A stretch of 50,801 bases of DNA from Bacilli bacterium (GTDB taxonomy: Bacteria > Bacillota_I > Bacilli_A > RF39 > UBA660), in the NCBI GenBank assembly GCA_051872535.1, contig JBJEDY010000036.1, positions 1 to 50,801 on the forward strand. Direction: 5' to 3'. Shown here piece by piece: positions 17,580-27,728 of this stretch. Made by a program: the position numbers and the translations under genes. Below the pieces are notes generated by a model. That model had not been told where the DNA came from, did no database searches, and worked only from the letters and a program-made list of their open reading frames with translations. Positions within the stretch are counted from its first letter, which is position 1. Every line of letters begins with the position of its first letter.

Positions 17580-17866
17580 TATTTAAATAATTTGGATAAT
17601 AAACTGTCATTTTCACCTTTTTTACCATCTGTATAAGCAATACTATTAATTTTTCCTTTAATTGAAACATTTCCATCATGTGTATCTAGTCTAATAATTT
17701 CTAAGCCTTCTCCTTTTAAAAGTAAAGTCCCTAAACTTGAATCCATTAAGAATTCTTCGTTATCAAAACTAACAATTCTTTTAATACCTGTCATATGTAT
17801 TTGACTTCTATCACTAATCTTTAAATCGTGTGATGATGTTACGATATTATCTAATATTTTATCCAT
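17579..17866 (-). CDS. yabP: Sporulation protein YabP
   Basis: MTGIKRIVSFDNEEF...LLLKGEGLEI..LD...G.V.I.GKI..I.Y matches the YabP pattern. Confidence 0.8.
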   Translation of the reverse strand: MDKILDNIVTSSHDLKISDRSQIHMTGIKRIVSFDNEEFLMDSSLGTLLLKGEGLEIIRLDTHDGNVSIKGKINSIAYTDGKKGENDSLLSKLFK

Positions 17867-17930
17867 ATTTTTTTCTCCTTACCAAAATATATGATAAAAA
17901 AGAACATAATATGAAAAAAAAAGAGTCAAA

Positions 17931-18206
17931 CTATTCTTCGTTTGAATCTTCACTAGTTTTTTCGTATTCAGCTAATATTGCATCTTGTAAAGTTTGACGA
18001 ACATCTGGATTAATTGGATGTGCAATATCTCTATAGCTTCCAGTAGTAGTTTTTCTACTTGGCATTGCAATAAATAGCCCTGTATCTCCTTCAATAATTC
18101 TAATATCATGTACAGCAAATGAATCATCTAATACAATTGATGCAATTCCTTTCATACGAGATCCTTCTTTTGAAACTTTGTGTACATTAACTGATGTAAC
18201 TTTCAT
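17931..18206 (-). CDS. spoVG: Septation protein SpoVG
   Basis: MKVT.V.V......SR.K.IASIVLDD.F.VHDIR.IEG..GLF.AMPSRKT..G.YRDIAHPIN matches SpoVG. Confidence 0.95.
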   Translation of the reverse strand: MKVTSVNVHKVSKEGSRMKGIASIVLDDSFAVHDIRIIEGDTGLFIAMPSRKTTTGSYRDIAHPINPDVRQTLQDAILAEYEKTSEDSNEE

Positions 18207-18284
18207 AGCAACACTCCTCTTCTAAGTTAAAACTATCTAACTTAATATCATTTTATAACAAAAAACTAATTAACACAACAATTT

Positions 18285-18497
18285 TTAAATATATTCTATT
18301 TTTACATCACCAATTAAAACATCTGAGTATGAAAAACTCTTACTAATATCTTTAGAAACAACTGTAAATATATTTGGATATACATATTTTATAACACCAC
18401 AAATAACATCTTTTCTATTTCGCATACCATAAACTGTTAATCTTACTTTTTTACCTACACTTTTAGCTATTTGGTCTTTTATATCAAGAAAACTCAT
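18285..18497 (-). CDS. veg: Veg family protein
   Basis: LDIK......GK.V.L...G.RN.K....G.I...YPNIF.V.......SFSYSDVL matches Veg, and the gene lies between yabG and spoVG. Confidence 0.8.
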   Translation of the reverse strand: MSFLDIKDQIAKSVGKKVRLTVYGMRNRKDVICGVIKYVYPNIFTVVSKDISKSFSYSDVLIGDVKIEYI

Positions 18498-18505
18498 AAT
18501 TCCCC

Positions 18506-19279
18506 CTATCTAGGATAACCAACAAACATAAGTCCATTAGATACTAAACCACCCATGCCATTTTTACCATACTTTGTTTTATCTAAAAGTAGTGGTAAAT
18601 CTATCTCTTTATTTCGTTCTGTCAATGCAACTGTTGTAGCAATAATTGCCGGATCTAAAGCATGAATATTTATTCTTTTTGGACTAGATGCAAAATTAGC
18701 TCCAGCCTTAATTAATTCTTCATAATTACTTTGACAAGCTCCAGCTATAATAACTAACTTATCATGGCTTTTTTCATACATTCTTGCCTTTTTTACAGCA
18801 TTTACAAAATTAAGTGAATTTTTATAACTATGACTATCTTTAATATTCCCTAACCGCTTATAATAAGCATCATGACCAGTAATAATTACAATATCTGGAT
18901 TATATTGTTTTAATAAACTAACTATCTCATTAGATATTTTATCTTCAGATAAATTTTTCCCAACTGCTAAGACATTTGCTTTCTTATAAAAATTCATGCA
19001 TCTTTCTAAGTAATCATTATCACCATCTATATGAAGAATCTTACCTGGCAAATAAAAAAAATCACTTCTATCCATTTCTATATCATCTATTACTTTTTCA
19101 GCAAACTTATCAGATTCTTCCTCATCATTAGGAGCAAGTATTAGATCAGAAAGAGGACTATCAGCATAAAGTCTTACATCTATACCTTTTAAGATTGCAA
19201 CATTGTCTTTTATTTCTAATATAACAAAAACAGTATCATTATCATGACTATTTCTTGTAACAAAATCTCCTATATGCAT
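18506..19279 (-). CDS. yabG: Sporulation-specific peptidase YabG
   Basis: IGDFV.R.S...D..F.I, PGK.LH.DGD..YL..C...Y, ITGHDAY and AGACQS.YE.LI.AGANFASSP.R.NIHALDP are all present. Confidence 0.9.
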   Translation of the reverse strand: MHIGDFVTRNSHDNDTVFVILEIKDNVAILKGIDVRLYADSPLSDLILAPNDEEESDKFAEKVIDDIEMDRSDFFYLPGKILHIDGDNDYLERCMNFYKKANVLAVGKNLSEDKISNEIVSLLKQYNPDIVIITGHDAYYKRLGNIKDSHSYKNSLNFVNAVKKARMYEKSHDKLVIIAGACQSNYEELIKAGANFASSPKRINIHALDPAIIATTVALTERNKEIDLPLLLDKTKYGKNGMGGLVSNGLMFVGYPR

Positions 19280-19360
19280 TATATATATCACCTAGAAAAT
19301 AGTATGAAAAAAAGGTACTATTTATTCATAGTTCCTTTTAATTTTGAAATATTATAATGT

Positions 19361-20167
19361 TTAGTACTTTATATCATCATAAAGTGCATTAGCTATCTTA
19401 ACGAAAACAATTATAGGAATCTGTTCGGCACGACATAATAGATTATAACCATTATCTTCAAGAATTGCATTTATTTTATCTAAATCATAATGTTTAAGGT
19501 TATTTCTTAAATTTTTTCTCTTAAACTGAAAAGCATCATTTATAAATTTAAATAAAAATTCTTCATTTTTAGCTTCCAATTCCTTTTTTCTACGTTTAGT
19601 AAATTTAACAACTGCACTATCTACATTAGGAATAGGATCAAAACAAGTTCTATGAACATCAAATAAATACTCTGTATCATAATAATAATTGATATATACT
19701 GTTAATGACCCATAGCTTTTGGTTCCTGGTCTTGCCGCAAATCTTTCTGCTACTTCTTTCTGAACCATTAAAACCATTCCTGCTACTGGTATATCTAAAT
19801 TCATTATCTTTTCTAATATTGGTGTTGTAATGTAATAAGGGATATTAGCTATAAAATAAACATTTTCAAATTTATTTATACTTTCTATACAATCTATAAC
19901 ATTAACTTTCATAAAATCATCATAAATAATATGACATTTATCATTTTCATACTTATTTAAATAAGTTTTAACCCTTGTATCTATTTCAAAACAAACTAAT
20001 TCGCTATCTTTTGGTACTAAATATTTCGTTAAAGCTCCTTGCCCTGGACCAACTTCAACTACTAAATCATTAGAAGTAGTTGTAATAGATCCCGCTATTT
20101 TCTTAAGAACATTCTCATCTTTAAGAAAATTTTGTCCTAAACTTTTTTTATGTTGAAATTTTTCCAT
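19361..20167 (-). CDS. rsmA: 16S rRNA (adenine1518/1519-N6)-dimethyltransferase
   Basis: KKSLGQNFL, VEVGPGQGALT and NIPYYITTPI are present. Confidence 0.95.
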   Translation of the reverse strand: MEKFQHKKSLGQNFLKDENVLKKIAGSITTTSNDLVVEVGPGQGALTKYLVPKDSELVCFEIDTRVKTYLNKYENDKCHIIYDDFMKVNVIDCIESINKFENVYFIANIPYYITTPILEKIMNLDIPVAGMVLMVQKEVAERFAARPGTKSYGSLTVYINYYYDTEYLFDVHRTCFDPIPNVDSAVVKFTKRRKKELEAKNEEFLFKFINDAFQFKRKNLRNNLKHYDLDKINAILEDNGYNLLCRAEQIPIIVFVKIANALYDDIKY

Positions 20168-20195
20168 AATTATCACCTAAAAAAGATGGGTTAAA

Positions 20196-20735
20196 CTATC
20201 TTTCCCATCCGAATCTTAAAACATCATATGATATGCTGCTACGCCCAACTAGTCTTCTAGCTTCATCTTCATTTTCCATAAGTAAGTCGATATCTTTACC
20301 TAAAACTCCACGATCTAAAACGATAGCTAATTGATCATTTTCAGCAACTCTATTAGAATTTAATCTAATAATAGTCCCACACGCTAAATTTGATGATGAT
20401 GCTACAATTCTAACTCTTCCGTATAATGAATCATTATAATGAGTAGTACCATCACGAACATCCTGAGAATTACACGCTAAAAACCCTGAACATAAAGGAC
20501 AATTTGCGCCATATCCTGTTAAATCTCCAATATATGTATCTTTAGCTGAATATATATCATTATAAATATCTTCTTGTACTTTTTTAGACATTGCAGTTAA
20601 ATCTAATGTTTTATTTAAATTATTATTTTCTACTTTTGTTTCTTGGATATTTGAGCCTGTTTGAATAACCATGATGACAAAGAATAAAACTATTATTTTG
20701 CTTATAGAACTTAGATGTTTAAAACTCTTACTCAT
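20196..20735 (-). CDS. Secreted or anchored 3D/DPBB-fold protein (YabE-like position)
   Basis: A signal anchor is followed by LTGYGANCPLCSG...VRIVA...CGTII...AIVLDRG...IDLL. The position upstream of rsmA is that of B. subtilis yabE. Confidence 0.45.
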   Translation of the reverse strand: MSKSFKHLSSISKIIVLFFVIMVIQTGSNIQETKVENNNLNKTLDLTAMSKKVQEDIYNDIYSAKDTYIGDLTGYGANCPLCSGFLACNSQDVRDGTTHYNDSLYGRVRIVASSSNLACGTIIRLNSNRVAENDQLAIVLDRGVLGKDIDLLMENEDEARRLVGRSSISYDVLRFGWER

Positions 20736-20783
20736 TCTATTTTCACCTCATTAATATCTAAGATAATTCTAGCATATAACCTA

Positions 20784-21536
20784 TTAAATGTCAAAAATTC
20801 GCTTAATATTTTGATTGGTAACAAATGCTAATTCCTCTGTACTAATACCATATAAATTAGATACATAAGAAGCTATTTCTAACACTCGACCGGGAAAATT
20901 TTGATTTCCACGATAAGGAACAGGCGTTAAATATGGAGAATCTGTTTCTAATACAATATTCTCTTTTGGTATTTTTTCAATTACTTCAAAAATTTTTGCA
21001 TTCTTAAAAGTAATTACACCATTAACACCAATTAAATATCCCATTTTAATATATATGCATGCTGTTTCATAACTACCACTAAAAGAATGAATTACTCCTT
21101 TAACTCGATATTCCTTAAGAATATCTATTGTATCTTGAGTAGCTTCTCTACTATGAATAACAACAGGTAAATTATACTTTTCAGCTAACTCTAATTGTTT
21201 TCGAAATAAAATAATCTGTTTTTCTTTATTTTCCTTCGTATAATAATAATCTAATCCAATCTCTCCAATAGCAATAACATTCGGATCTTTTAAATGTTCT
21301 TCTAAATATTTTAAATCACTATCTTGATAATTATCTACTTCTTCAGGATGAATTCCAATTGCTGCAAACATATTAGGATATTTAGAAGTAAGTTCTAAAA
21401 CTTCTTTAATAGTTTTTAAATCAACAGCATTATTTATATAACGATTAACTCCTAACTCAGTTGATTCTTCAATTATTTTTTCAATATTTTCATAATATTC
21501 ACCATATAAATGACAATGTGTATCAGTAAACATCAT
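20784..21536 (-). CDS. tatD: TatD-family metal-dependent hydrolase
   Basis: FTDTHCHL, GEIGLDYY, VIHSR and ETDSPYL are present. Confidence 0.92.
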   Translation of the reverse strand: MMFTDTHCHLYGEYYENIEKIIEESTELGVNRYINNAVDLKTIKEVLELTSKYPNMFAAIGIHPEEVDNYQDSDLKYLEEHLKDPNVIAIGEIGLDYYYTKENKEKQIILFRKQLELAEKYNLPVVIHSREATQDTIDILKEYRVKGVIHSFSGSYETACIYIKMGYLIGVNGVITFKNAKIFEVIEKIPKENIVLETDSPYLTPVPYRGNQNFPGRVLEIASYVSNLYGISTEELAFVTNQNIKRIFDI

Positions 21537-21548
21537 AATTCTCCTTTT

Positions 21549-21566
21549 TTATTTCCCGGGAAATAA
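21549..21566. repeat. GC-cored perfect palindrome TTATTTCCCGGGAAATAA (family copy 1)
   Basis: This copy lies between the metG stop/hairpin and the tatD RBS. It shares the 14-nt core ATTTCCCGGGAAAT with three other sites. Confidence 0.9.
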
Positions 21567-21594
21567 ATATCTTGGAAAATAATATTTCCCAAGA

Positions 21595-23133
21595 TTAATT
21601 TTCTTTATCAATTCTTGCAAATAAGTGTTCTGGTTCATTAATAGTTAAACCTGCTTCTAATCCACCAAATTCATTAGTTGATTCAATTGAAGTTACTTTC
21701 GTATTTAATTGTTTAATAATTCTTTCTGAAGTTTCAGGTAAAAATGCACTTAAATGAATTGCACATATACGAATTGATTCTAATAAGTTATATAATACTG
21801 TTCCTAATCTGGCTTTTTTAGTTTCATCTTTAGCTAAAATCCAAGGCATTGTATCATCAATATACTTATTACATTTACGAAAAGCATCAATAATTTCTTC
21901 TAATGCATCACCAACACGAAGTTCGTCTATCTTTTTAACAATACGACTATGAAGACTTACAATATTAGAAATTAAATCATCATCAATATTTTCTTTTTCA
22001 CATGGTTTTTGAATAACTCCATTAAAATACTTATGATTCATACTAGCAGTTCTATTAACTAAGTTTCCTAAAATATTAACTAAATCTCCATTAATTCTTT
22101 CAATCAATAAATCCCTACTAAATACACCATCAGCAGCAAATGGTATCTCATGTAAGAAATAATATCTAACAGCATCTACACCAAATTCATTTACTAAATC
22201 ATCAGCATATATTAAGTTACCTTTAGATTTACTCATCTTACCATCACTCATAATTAACCAAGGATGGCCAAATACTTGTTTAGGTAATGGTAAATCTAAA
22301 CTCATTAAGAAACAAGGCCAATAAATTGTATGGAATCTAATTATGTCCTTACCTATTAAATGTAAATCAGCAGGCCATTTATATTTAAACTCTTCAGTAC
22401 TTTCATCAAAATCAAAACCAATATTAGTAATATAATTTGATAAAGCATCTAACCATACATAAACTACATGTTTATCGTCAAAATCTACAGGAATACCCCA
22501 TTTAAAAGATGTTCTAGAAACACATAAGTCTTGTAAACCAGGTTTTATAAAATTATTTATCATTTCATTCTTTCTTGCTACCGGTTGAATAAATTCAGGG
22601 TGTTCCTCTATATACTTTTCAAGTTTATCTTGATACTTAGATAATTTAAAAAAATAAGCTTCTTCACATTTTGGTTGAACATCTCTACCACAATCTGGAC
22701 ATTTTCCATCTACTATTTGACTTTCAGTCCAAAAACTCTCACATGGTGTACAATAAAGACCTTTATATTCCCCTTTGTAAATATCTCCTTTATCATACAT
22801 ATATTTAAAAATATGTTGAACTATCTTTTTATGATGAGGATCAGTAGTTCTTACAAATTTATCATATGAAGTATTCATAATATCCCATATATCTTTAATT
22901 TGTCCAGCAACATTATCAACATATTGTTGAGGTTCAATACCAACATCTTTAGCTTTCAATTCTATTTTTTCACCATGTTCATCTGTACCTGTTTGTAAAT
23001 AAACATCATAACCTTGTAATCTTTTATATCTTGCAATAGCATCTGCCAAAACAATCTCATAAGTATTACCAATATGAGGTTTTCCAGATGTATAAGCAAT
23101 TGCTGTACTTATATAATATTTTTCTTTTTTCAT
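21595..23133 (-). CDS. metG: Methionine--tRNA ligase
   Basis: The HIGH motif (KPHIGN), the KMSKS motif and a CPDCG zinc knuckle are present. AGGAGA lies 6 nt before the ATG at 23133. Confidence 0.95.
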   Translation of the reverse strand: MKKEKYYISTAIAYTSGKPHIGNTYEIVLADAIARYKRLQGYDVYLQTGTDEHGEKIELKAKDVGIEPQQYVDNVAGQIKDIWDIMNTSYDKFVRTTDPHHKKIVQHIFKYMYDKGDIYKGEYKGLYCTPCESFWTESQIVDGKCPDCGRDVQPKCEEAYFFKLSKYQDKLEKYIEEHPEFIQPVARKNEMINNFIKPGLQDLCVSRTSFKWGIPVDFDDKHVVYVWLDALSNYITNIGFDFDESTEEFKYKWPADLHLIGKDIIRFHTIYWPCFLMSLDLPLPKQVFGHPWLIMSDGKMSKSKGNLIYADDLVNEFGVDAVRYYFLHEIPFAADGVFSRDLLIERINGDLVNILGNLVNRTASMNHKYFNGVIQKPCEKENIDDDLISNIVSLHSRIVKKIDELRVGDALEEIIDAFRKCNKYIDDTMPWILAKDETKKARLGTVLYNLLESIRICAIHLSAFLPETSERIIKQLNTKVTSIESTNEFGGLEAGLTINEPEHLFARIDKEN

Positions 23134-23135
23134 AC

Positions 23136-23615
23136 CTATTCTCCTTTTTCTGGTTTTCCTGTCCAACCAGTCCTATCATTCATAATATCTTCACCGCAAG
23201 TTAAATACTTAACAAATATTCCTTGGCAATAAGCTTCTCCTTTTTTCAAAACAAAATCTTTATCACTATGATTTTGTAATGCTACCCACATATGACCTTC
23301 ATTTTCGACATTATTATAAAAGTCGGCATCAATTACACCTACTTGATTACACATTCGAACATTATACTTAAATCCCATACTACTTCTGACTACCAATAAT
23401 AACATTTCATCATCCATATATTTAGCTTTATAACCCGTTGGTATTTTCTTTATTTCACCTGGTTTAATAATAATATCTGATATAGCATAAAAATCATATC
23501 CAGCACTTAATTTAGTCTTTCTGCTAGGCAATTTATAACTTTCATATAATTCTTTATTATCAGATACATCAGTTTTAAACTGTTCGAAACTAATCTTTTC
23601 AAAAAATCTTTCCAC
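23136..23615 (-). CDS. dut: dUTP diphosphatase-like protein (dUTPase/dCTP deaminase fold)
   Basis: SAGYDFYA, RSSMGFKY, QVGVIDADFYNN.ENEGH and KGEAY.QGIF.KYL are present. The C-terminal motif V is degenerate (RTGWTGK). The start is GTG with a GGAGGTG RBS. Confidence 0.7.
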   Translation of the reverse strand: MERFFEKISFEQFKTDVSDNKELYESYKLPSRKTKLSAGYDFYAISDIIIKPGEIKKIPTGYKAKYMDDEMLLLVVRSSMGFKYNVRMCNQVGVIDADFYNNVENEGHMWVALQNHSDKDFVLKKGEAYCQGIFVKYLTCGEDIMNDRTGWTGKPEKGE

Positions 23616-23619
23616 AATG

Positions 23620-23835
23620 ACACCTCCAAAAATAAAAAGTCATAAAACTAAGGACGAGATAACCCGCGGTACCACCTTATTTTATGACTTAACATACACT
23701 TTCTTTCTTAACGCGAATATAACGATTTGACTCCAGAGCCATATTCCTATACCATCATTAATTCTTTTCACCACCCAGAATTTCTCTAAAAAATCCAAGT
23801 ATAGTACTCTTTCCTTCTTCATCAACAAACATAAT
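23620..23835 (-). promoter_or_regulatory. T-box leader (Met specifier) with terminator/antiterminator, controlling dut-metG
   Basis: On the minus strand there is a stem I AGAGA/GGTGGTGA element. A specifier-loop candidate reads AATTAATGATGG, with ATG followed by A at 23756..23758. The T-box sequence GGTGGTACCGCG lies at 23665..23676. The terminator AAGTCATAAAA / TTTTATGACTT plus a T-run spans 23626..23690. Confidence 0.85.
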
Positions 23836-23854
23836 TTACCATAAAAAAAAGAAA

Positions 23855-24370
23855 CTAGCAAGATATATCGACCAACTTAGATACATATTTAGAAATAAAT
23901 TGCAATAAATCTTGATAGTATTCTTTTATTTGTTCTTTCGAATATAAAATAATTGCACCTACAGATGCCAAAGTTGTAATTATTGGTACAAAGTAAAAAT
24001 AACCATCTACTTTTTTATTATCAAAACAATAACTTTCTACTTCATTATTTATTAATCTTTCACTATTTTTAAGTAATATAATTAATTTATTATCAATCTT
24101 GCCAGTAATACTTTCATTTGTCGATAATAAAACACTTTCTTTGTCTGTAAAAGCAATATCTATCCTAAAAGTTTCTTTAAATGCTTCAAAAACTTTTTTA
24201 ATATGTTCAACATTGTATTGTACATCTGAGTACTTAGCTAACTGAATATTTCCGCCATCGACATATATTTTAAGAATATCTCCATTATTAATTTTTAAAT
24301 TTTTACGAATATCTTTAGGTATAACTATACGACCTAATTCATCTAATTTTTTTATAACACCATTATCCAA
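23855..24370 (-). CDS. spoVT: Stage V sporulation protein T (AbrB-type N-terminal domain plus GAF-like domain)
   Basis: KKLDELGRIVIPKDIRKNLKINNGDILKIY is a SpoVT/AbrB motif. The size is about 171 aa and the gene is directly downstream of mfd, as in B. subtilis. The start is TTG. Confidence 0.8.
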   Translation of the reverse strand: MDNGVIKKLDELGRIVIPKDIRKNLKINNGDILKIYVDGGNIQLAKYSDVQYNVEHIKKVFEAFKETFRIDIAFTDKESVLLSTNESITGKIDNKLIILLKNSERLINNEVESYCFDNKKVDGYFYFVPIITTLASVGAIILYSKEQIKEYYQDLLQFISKYVSKLVDISC

Positions 24371-24417
24371 GCTATCACACCATTCTAATAATAGTATTAA
24401 ACTTTAATTATTTTTTA

Positions 24418-24447
24418 TACAAAGAAAAAAGAAGTATTTCTTCTTTC
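24418..24447 (-). terminator. mfd terminator
   Basis: On the minus strand the stem is GAAAGAAG / CTTCTTTT, followed by TTCTTTG. Confidence 0.45.
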
Positions 24448-24482
24448 ATCCTTATTATTCAAAAATAATAGACAATAATATT

Positions 24483-27400
24483 TTAAGTCTCAGATTCCTT
24501 TATTTGACTTAATATTTCTTCCAATAAAGGAATTAAATATAGTAAAAAATGCTTATCTAAATTAACTATATTAATAGAAATAATAATTCTATTTCTGACA
24601 GATTTAAACTGTATTCTAGGACATATTTGGTATGCTCTAATAAATAATTTATCGCCTTTAATTTTGGAAGTTATCTCTTCGCTAATTTCAAATTGCACAT
24701 TATAATTAGTCTGTATTACATTAGTAATTTTTAAATCAGAAGCAAGTTTTTCAAACCATTCTTCATACATATAGATTTCTATTTCTTCTGAAACTTTACC
24801 AAAACGATCTTCTAACTCTGCTTTAACTTCTAATAATTTATTATAACTATCAATTTCATTGATTTTTTGATGAATTTCTATCTTTATTTCTTCATCAGCT
24901 ACATATTCATCAGATATATGTGTTTCAACATCAACTAAAGATTTAGTAGATTCTTCTTCATCCGTAACTTCTTCTCCATTAATTCTCTTCATTTCATCTT
25001 CAATCATTTTCATATATAAATCAATTCCAACAGTATCAACAAAACCAGCTTGTTCACTACCTAAAATATCTCCAGCTCCACGAATAGCTAAATCTCGCAT
25101 TGCTATACGATATCCGCTTCCTAATTCTGTAAAATCTTTGATAGCTTGTAAACGTTTAACTGCAACATCATTTAATACTTTTGACTTATTATACATCAAA
25201 TATGCATAAGCAATTTTATTACTTCTTCCAACACGACCTCTTAATTGGTATAACTGACTTAATCCAAAACAATCTGCATCTAATACTATTAAAGTATTAG
25301 CATTAGCAATATCGATGCCTGTTTCAACAATTGTTGTACAAATCAAAATATCGTACGTATAATCAATAAACTCTTGCATAACATTTTCTAATTCAGTTTT
25401 TTTCATTTGACCATGTGCAAAAGTAATTCGAGCTTCAGGAACTAAATGATGAATACGATTTACCATTGATTCAATTGAATCAACCTTGTTATATAAGATA
25501 AATATTTGTCCATTTCTTGATAATTCTTTATAAATTGCATCTTTAATTAATAGATCATTTTCTTGTAAAACATAAGTTTGAACAGGATATCTATCTACTG
25601 GAGCAGTATCAATTATTGATAAATCTCTTAATCCACTTAGAGCCATTTTTAATGTTCTTGGTATTGGTGTTGCAGATAATGTCAATACATTAACATCATT
25701 TTTATACTCTTTAATTTTTTCTTTATGAGTAACACCAAAACGTTGTTCTTCATCAACAACTAACATTCCTAATCTTTTAAACTTAACATCATTACTTAAT
25801 AAGCGATGTGTCCCAAATACTATATCAATTGTTCCTTTTTCTAGTCCATTTAAAATTCTTTCTGTTTCTTTTTTAGTTGTAAAACGGTTTAATAAAGCAA
25901 TCTCCACTGGAAAATCTTTAAATCTTTCTAAAGCATTTTCATATTGTTGTTTTGACAGTATTGTTGTCGGACATAAATAGAAAACTTGTTCTCCATTATA
26001 AACAGTTTTAAACATTCCCCTAAAAGCAACTTCAGTTTTACCAAAACCAACATCGCCACATAATAAACGATCCATTGGCATACTAGAATTTAAATCAGCA
26101 TTTATATCATTTATCGCTTTTTGTTGATCTGATGTTTCTTGATAAGAAAAACCTTGTTTAAACATTTCTTCTTCAGGAATATTATGATAAGGTCTTACAT
26201 GAACATTTGCCCTAGCTGCATATAATTTTATTAATTCTGCTGAAATATCTTTTACTTTTTTTGTTAATTCTCTTTTTGTTTTTACCCAAGATGTACTATT
26301 TAATTTATTTATTTTTGGTTTATAACCATCTCTAGAAGAATACTTATATATTGTATTAATTTTTTCAACAGGAATATATACCTTATCATTTCCTAAATAA
26401 TTAATTTGAATATAATCCTTCTTCATACCATTCTTTGTAAGGGTTATTATACCATTATAAATGCCAATACCATGTAATGTATGAACAACATAATCTCCTA
26501 TTTGAATTTGATCAAAACCTTTAATTTTTTTACCTATTTTCAAGTTGTTTTTATAATTAATAGAAGTAGTTCTTGATTTAGATATATCATTCTCTGATAT
26601 AACAATATAATCTTCAAAAATAAAACCTTTTCTTATCTTTTGTTTAATTATATTTACAATACCGGATTTTAAACTATCACCTTTAACTATTTGTGCTAAC
26701 CCATCAAATTGTTCTAAAATTGTTTTTATCTGATTATCTCTTGAAAGACATATTATTACTTTCTTATCCTTTAAATTATTTATTGCAAATGTCTTAAGAA
26801 GGTCTAAATCATCATTAAAATTCTCTATTGCTTTAGAAAAATATTCCTTTGAAGTATTTGCTTTAACATTATTAAAAGTTGATAAAAACATTATATTATT
26901 CTCATTAAGATCATTTATTTCAAACATATGCTTTTTATTAATCGCATTAGCATTATTATAACTAGTTATATCCTCTTGTATTTTTAAATATGCCAAATCT
27001 AATTGATCTGGATTAATTTTTATAATAATAGGATCATTCATATAATCAATTAAACTGCTATTTTCATTCGTTTCAATTTCCATATATGGTTTAATTGTAA
27101 TTGGATCTATCTCTTGTAAAGATTTTTGGGTTGATTCATCAAAATATCTAATTGATTCAACATCATCCCCAAAAAACTCTATTCTAATAGGATGTTCTTC
27201 ATCTAAAATAAAAATATCAATAATGTATCCGCGAACTGCATACTCACCCGTTGTTGTTACCATTGATTCTTTCTTATATCCAAATTCTTCTAATAATTCA
27301 ATTAACTTATTATGAGTAATACTCATACCTTTTTTTAAACTTATTTTACTGCTCTTTGTTTTATTTATATCTGGTAAAAATTTTAAATATCCAGTTAGAT

Positions 27401-27719
27401 TAGTAACCACAATATTTGGTTTATCTTGACATTTACATAAAGCTTCCATCGTTTCTAATCTTTTATTTTTTAAATCTGGGGAAATAGCCACAGCTACACT
27501 TGTTAAAAAATCATCCATTGGAAATAAATAAGTATATTTATGTAGCAAAACTAAAGAATCATAAAGAAGATTAGCTTCGTATAAAGAGTTGGTTACAACT
27601 AAAATATCTTTTTTCCCTTTTTTTGAAATTTCATAAACACAAAAAGGGTTTAACTCACTTGTTAAACCAGTATATGTTATTCCGTTTTTGTAATCAAAAT
27701 ATTCACTTAGAAAATCCAT
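24483..27719 (-). CDS. mfd: Transcription-repair coupling factor
   Basis: GDVGFGKTEVA and DEEQRFGV helicase motifs are present, along with a CarD-like segment (GDYVVH..HGIG.Y) and a TRCF C-terminal domain. Confidence 0.95.
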   Translation of the reverse strand: MDFLSEYFDYKNGITYTGLTSELNPFCVYEISKKGKKDILVVTNSLYEANLLYDSLVLLHKYTYLFPMDDFLTSVAVAISPDLKNKRLETMEALCKCQDKPNIVVTNLTGYLKFLPDINKTKSSKISLKKGMSITHNKLIELLEEFGYKKESMVTTTGEYAVRGYIIDIFILDEEHPIRIEFFGDDVESIRYFDESTQKSLQEIDPITIKPYMEIETNENSSLIDYMNDPIIIKINPDQLDLAYLKIQEDITSYNNANAINKKHMFEINDLNENNIMFLSTFNNVKANTSKEYFSKAIENFNDDLDLLKTFAINNLKDKKVIICLSRDNQIKTILEQFDGLAQIVKGDSLKSGIVNIIKQKIRKGFIFEDYIVISENDISKSRTTSINYKNNLKIGKKIKGFDQIQIGDYVVHTLHGIGIYNGIITLTKNGMKKDYIQINYLGNDKVYIPVEKINTIYKYSSRDGYKPKINKLNSTSWVKTKRELTKKVKDISAELIKLYAARANVHVRPYHNIPEEEMFKQGFSYQETSDQQKAINDINADLNSSMPMDRLLCGDVGFGKTEVAFRGMFKTVYNGEQVFYLCPTTILSKQQYENALERFKDFPVEIALLNRFTTKKETERILNGLEKGTIDIVFGTHRLLSNDVKFKRLGMLVVDEEQRFGVTHKEKIKEYKNDVNVLTLSATPIPRTLKMALSGLRDLSIIDTAPVDRYPVQTYVLQENDLLIKDAIYKELSRNGQIFILYNKVDSIESMVNRIHHLVPEARITFAHGQMKKTELENVMQEFIDYTYDILICTTIVETGIDIANANTLIVLDADCFGLSQLYQLRGRVGRSNKIAYAYLMYNKSKVLNDVAVKRLQAIKDFTELGSGYRIAMRDLAIRGAGDILGSEQAGFVDTVGIDLYMKMIEDEMKRINGEEVTDEEESTKSLVDVETHISDEYVADEEIKIEIHQKINEIDSYNKLLEVKAELEDRFGKVSEEIEIYMYEEWFEKLASDLKITNVIQTNYNVQFEISEEITSKIKGDKLFIRAYQICPRIQFKSVRNRIIISINIVNLDKHFLLYLIPLLEEILSQIKESET

Positions 27720-27728
27720 AAATATCAC

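Noticed and set aside
21549-21566. Reading the CCCGGG-cored palindrome as a CodY box (AATTTTCWGAAAATT) or the CACGTG palindrome as a cre or Rex site
   Set aside because: The half-sites only loosely resemble those consensus sequences, and the GC cores do not match. I have left the binding factor unknown.
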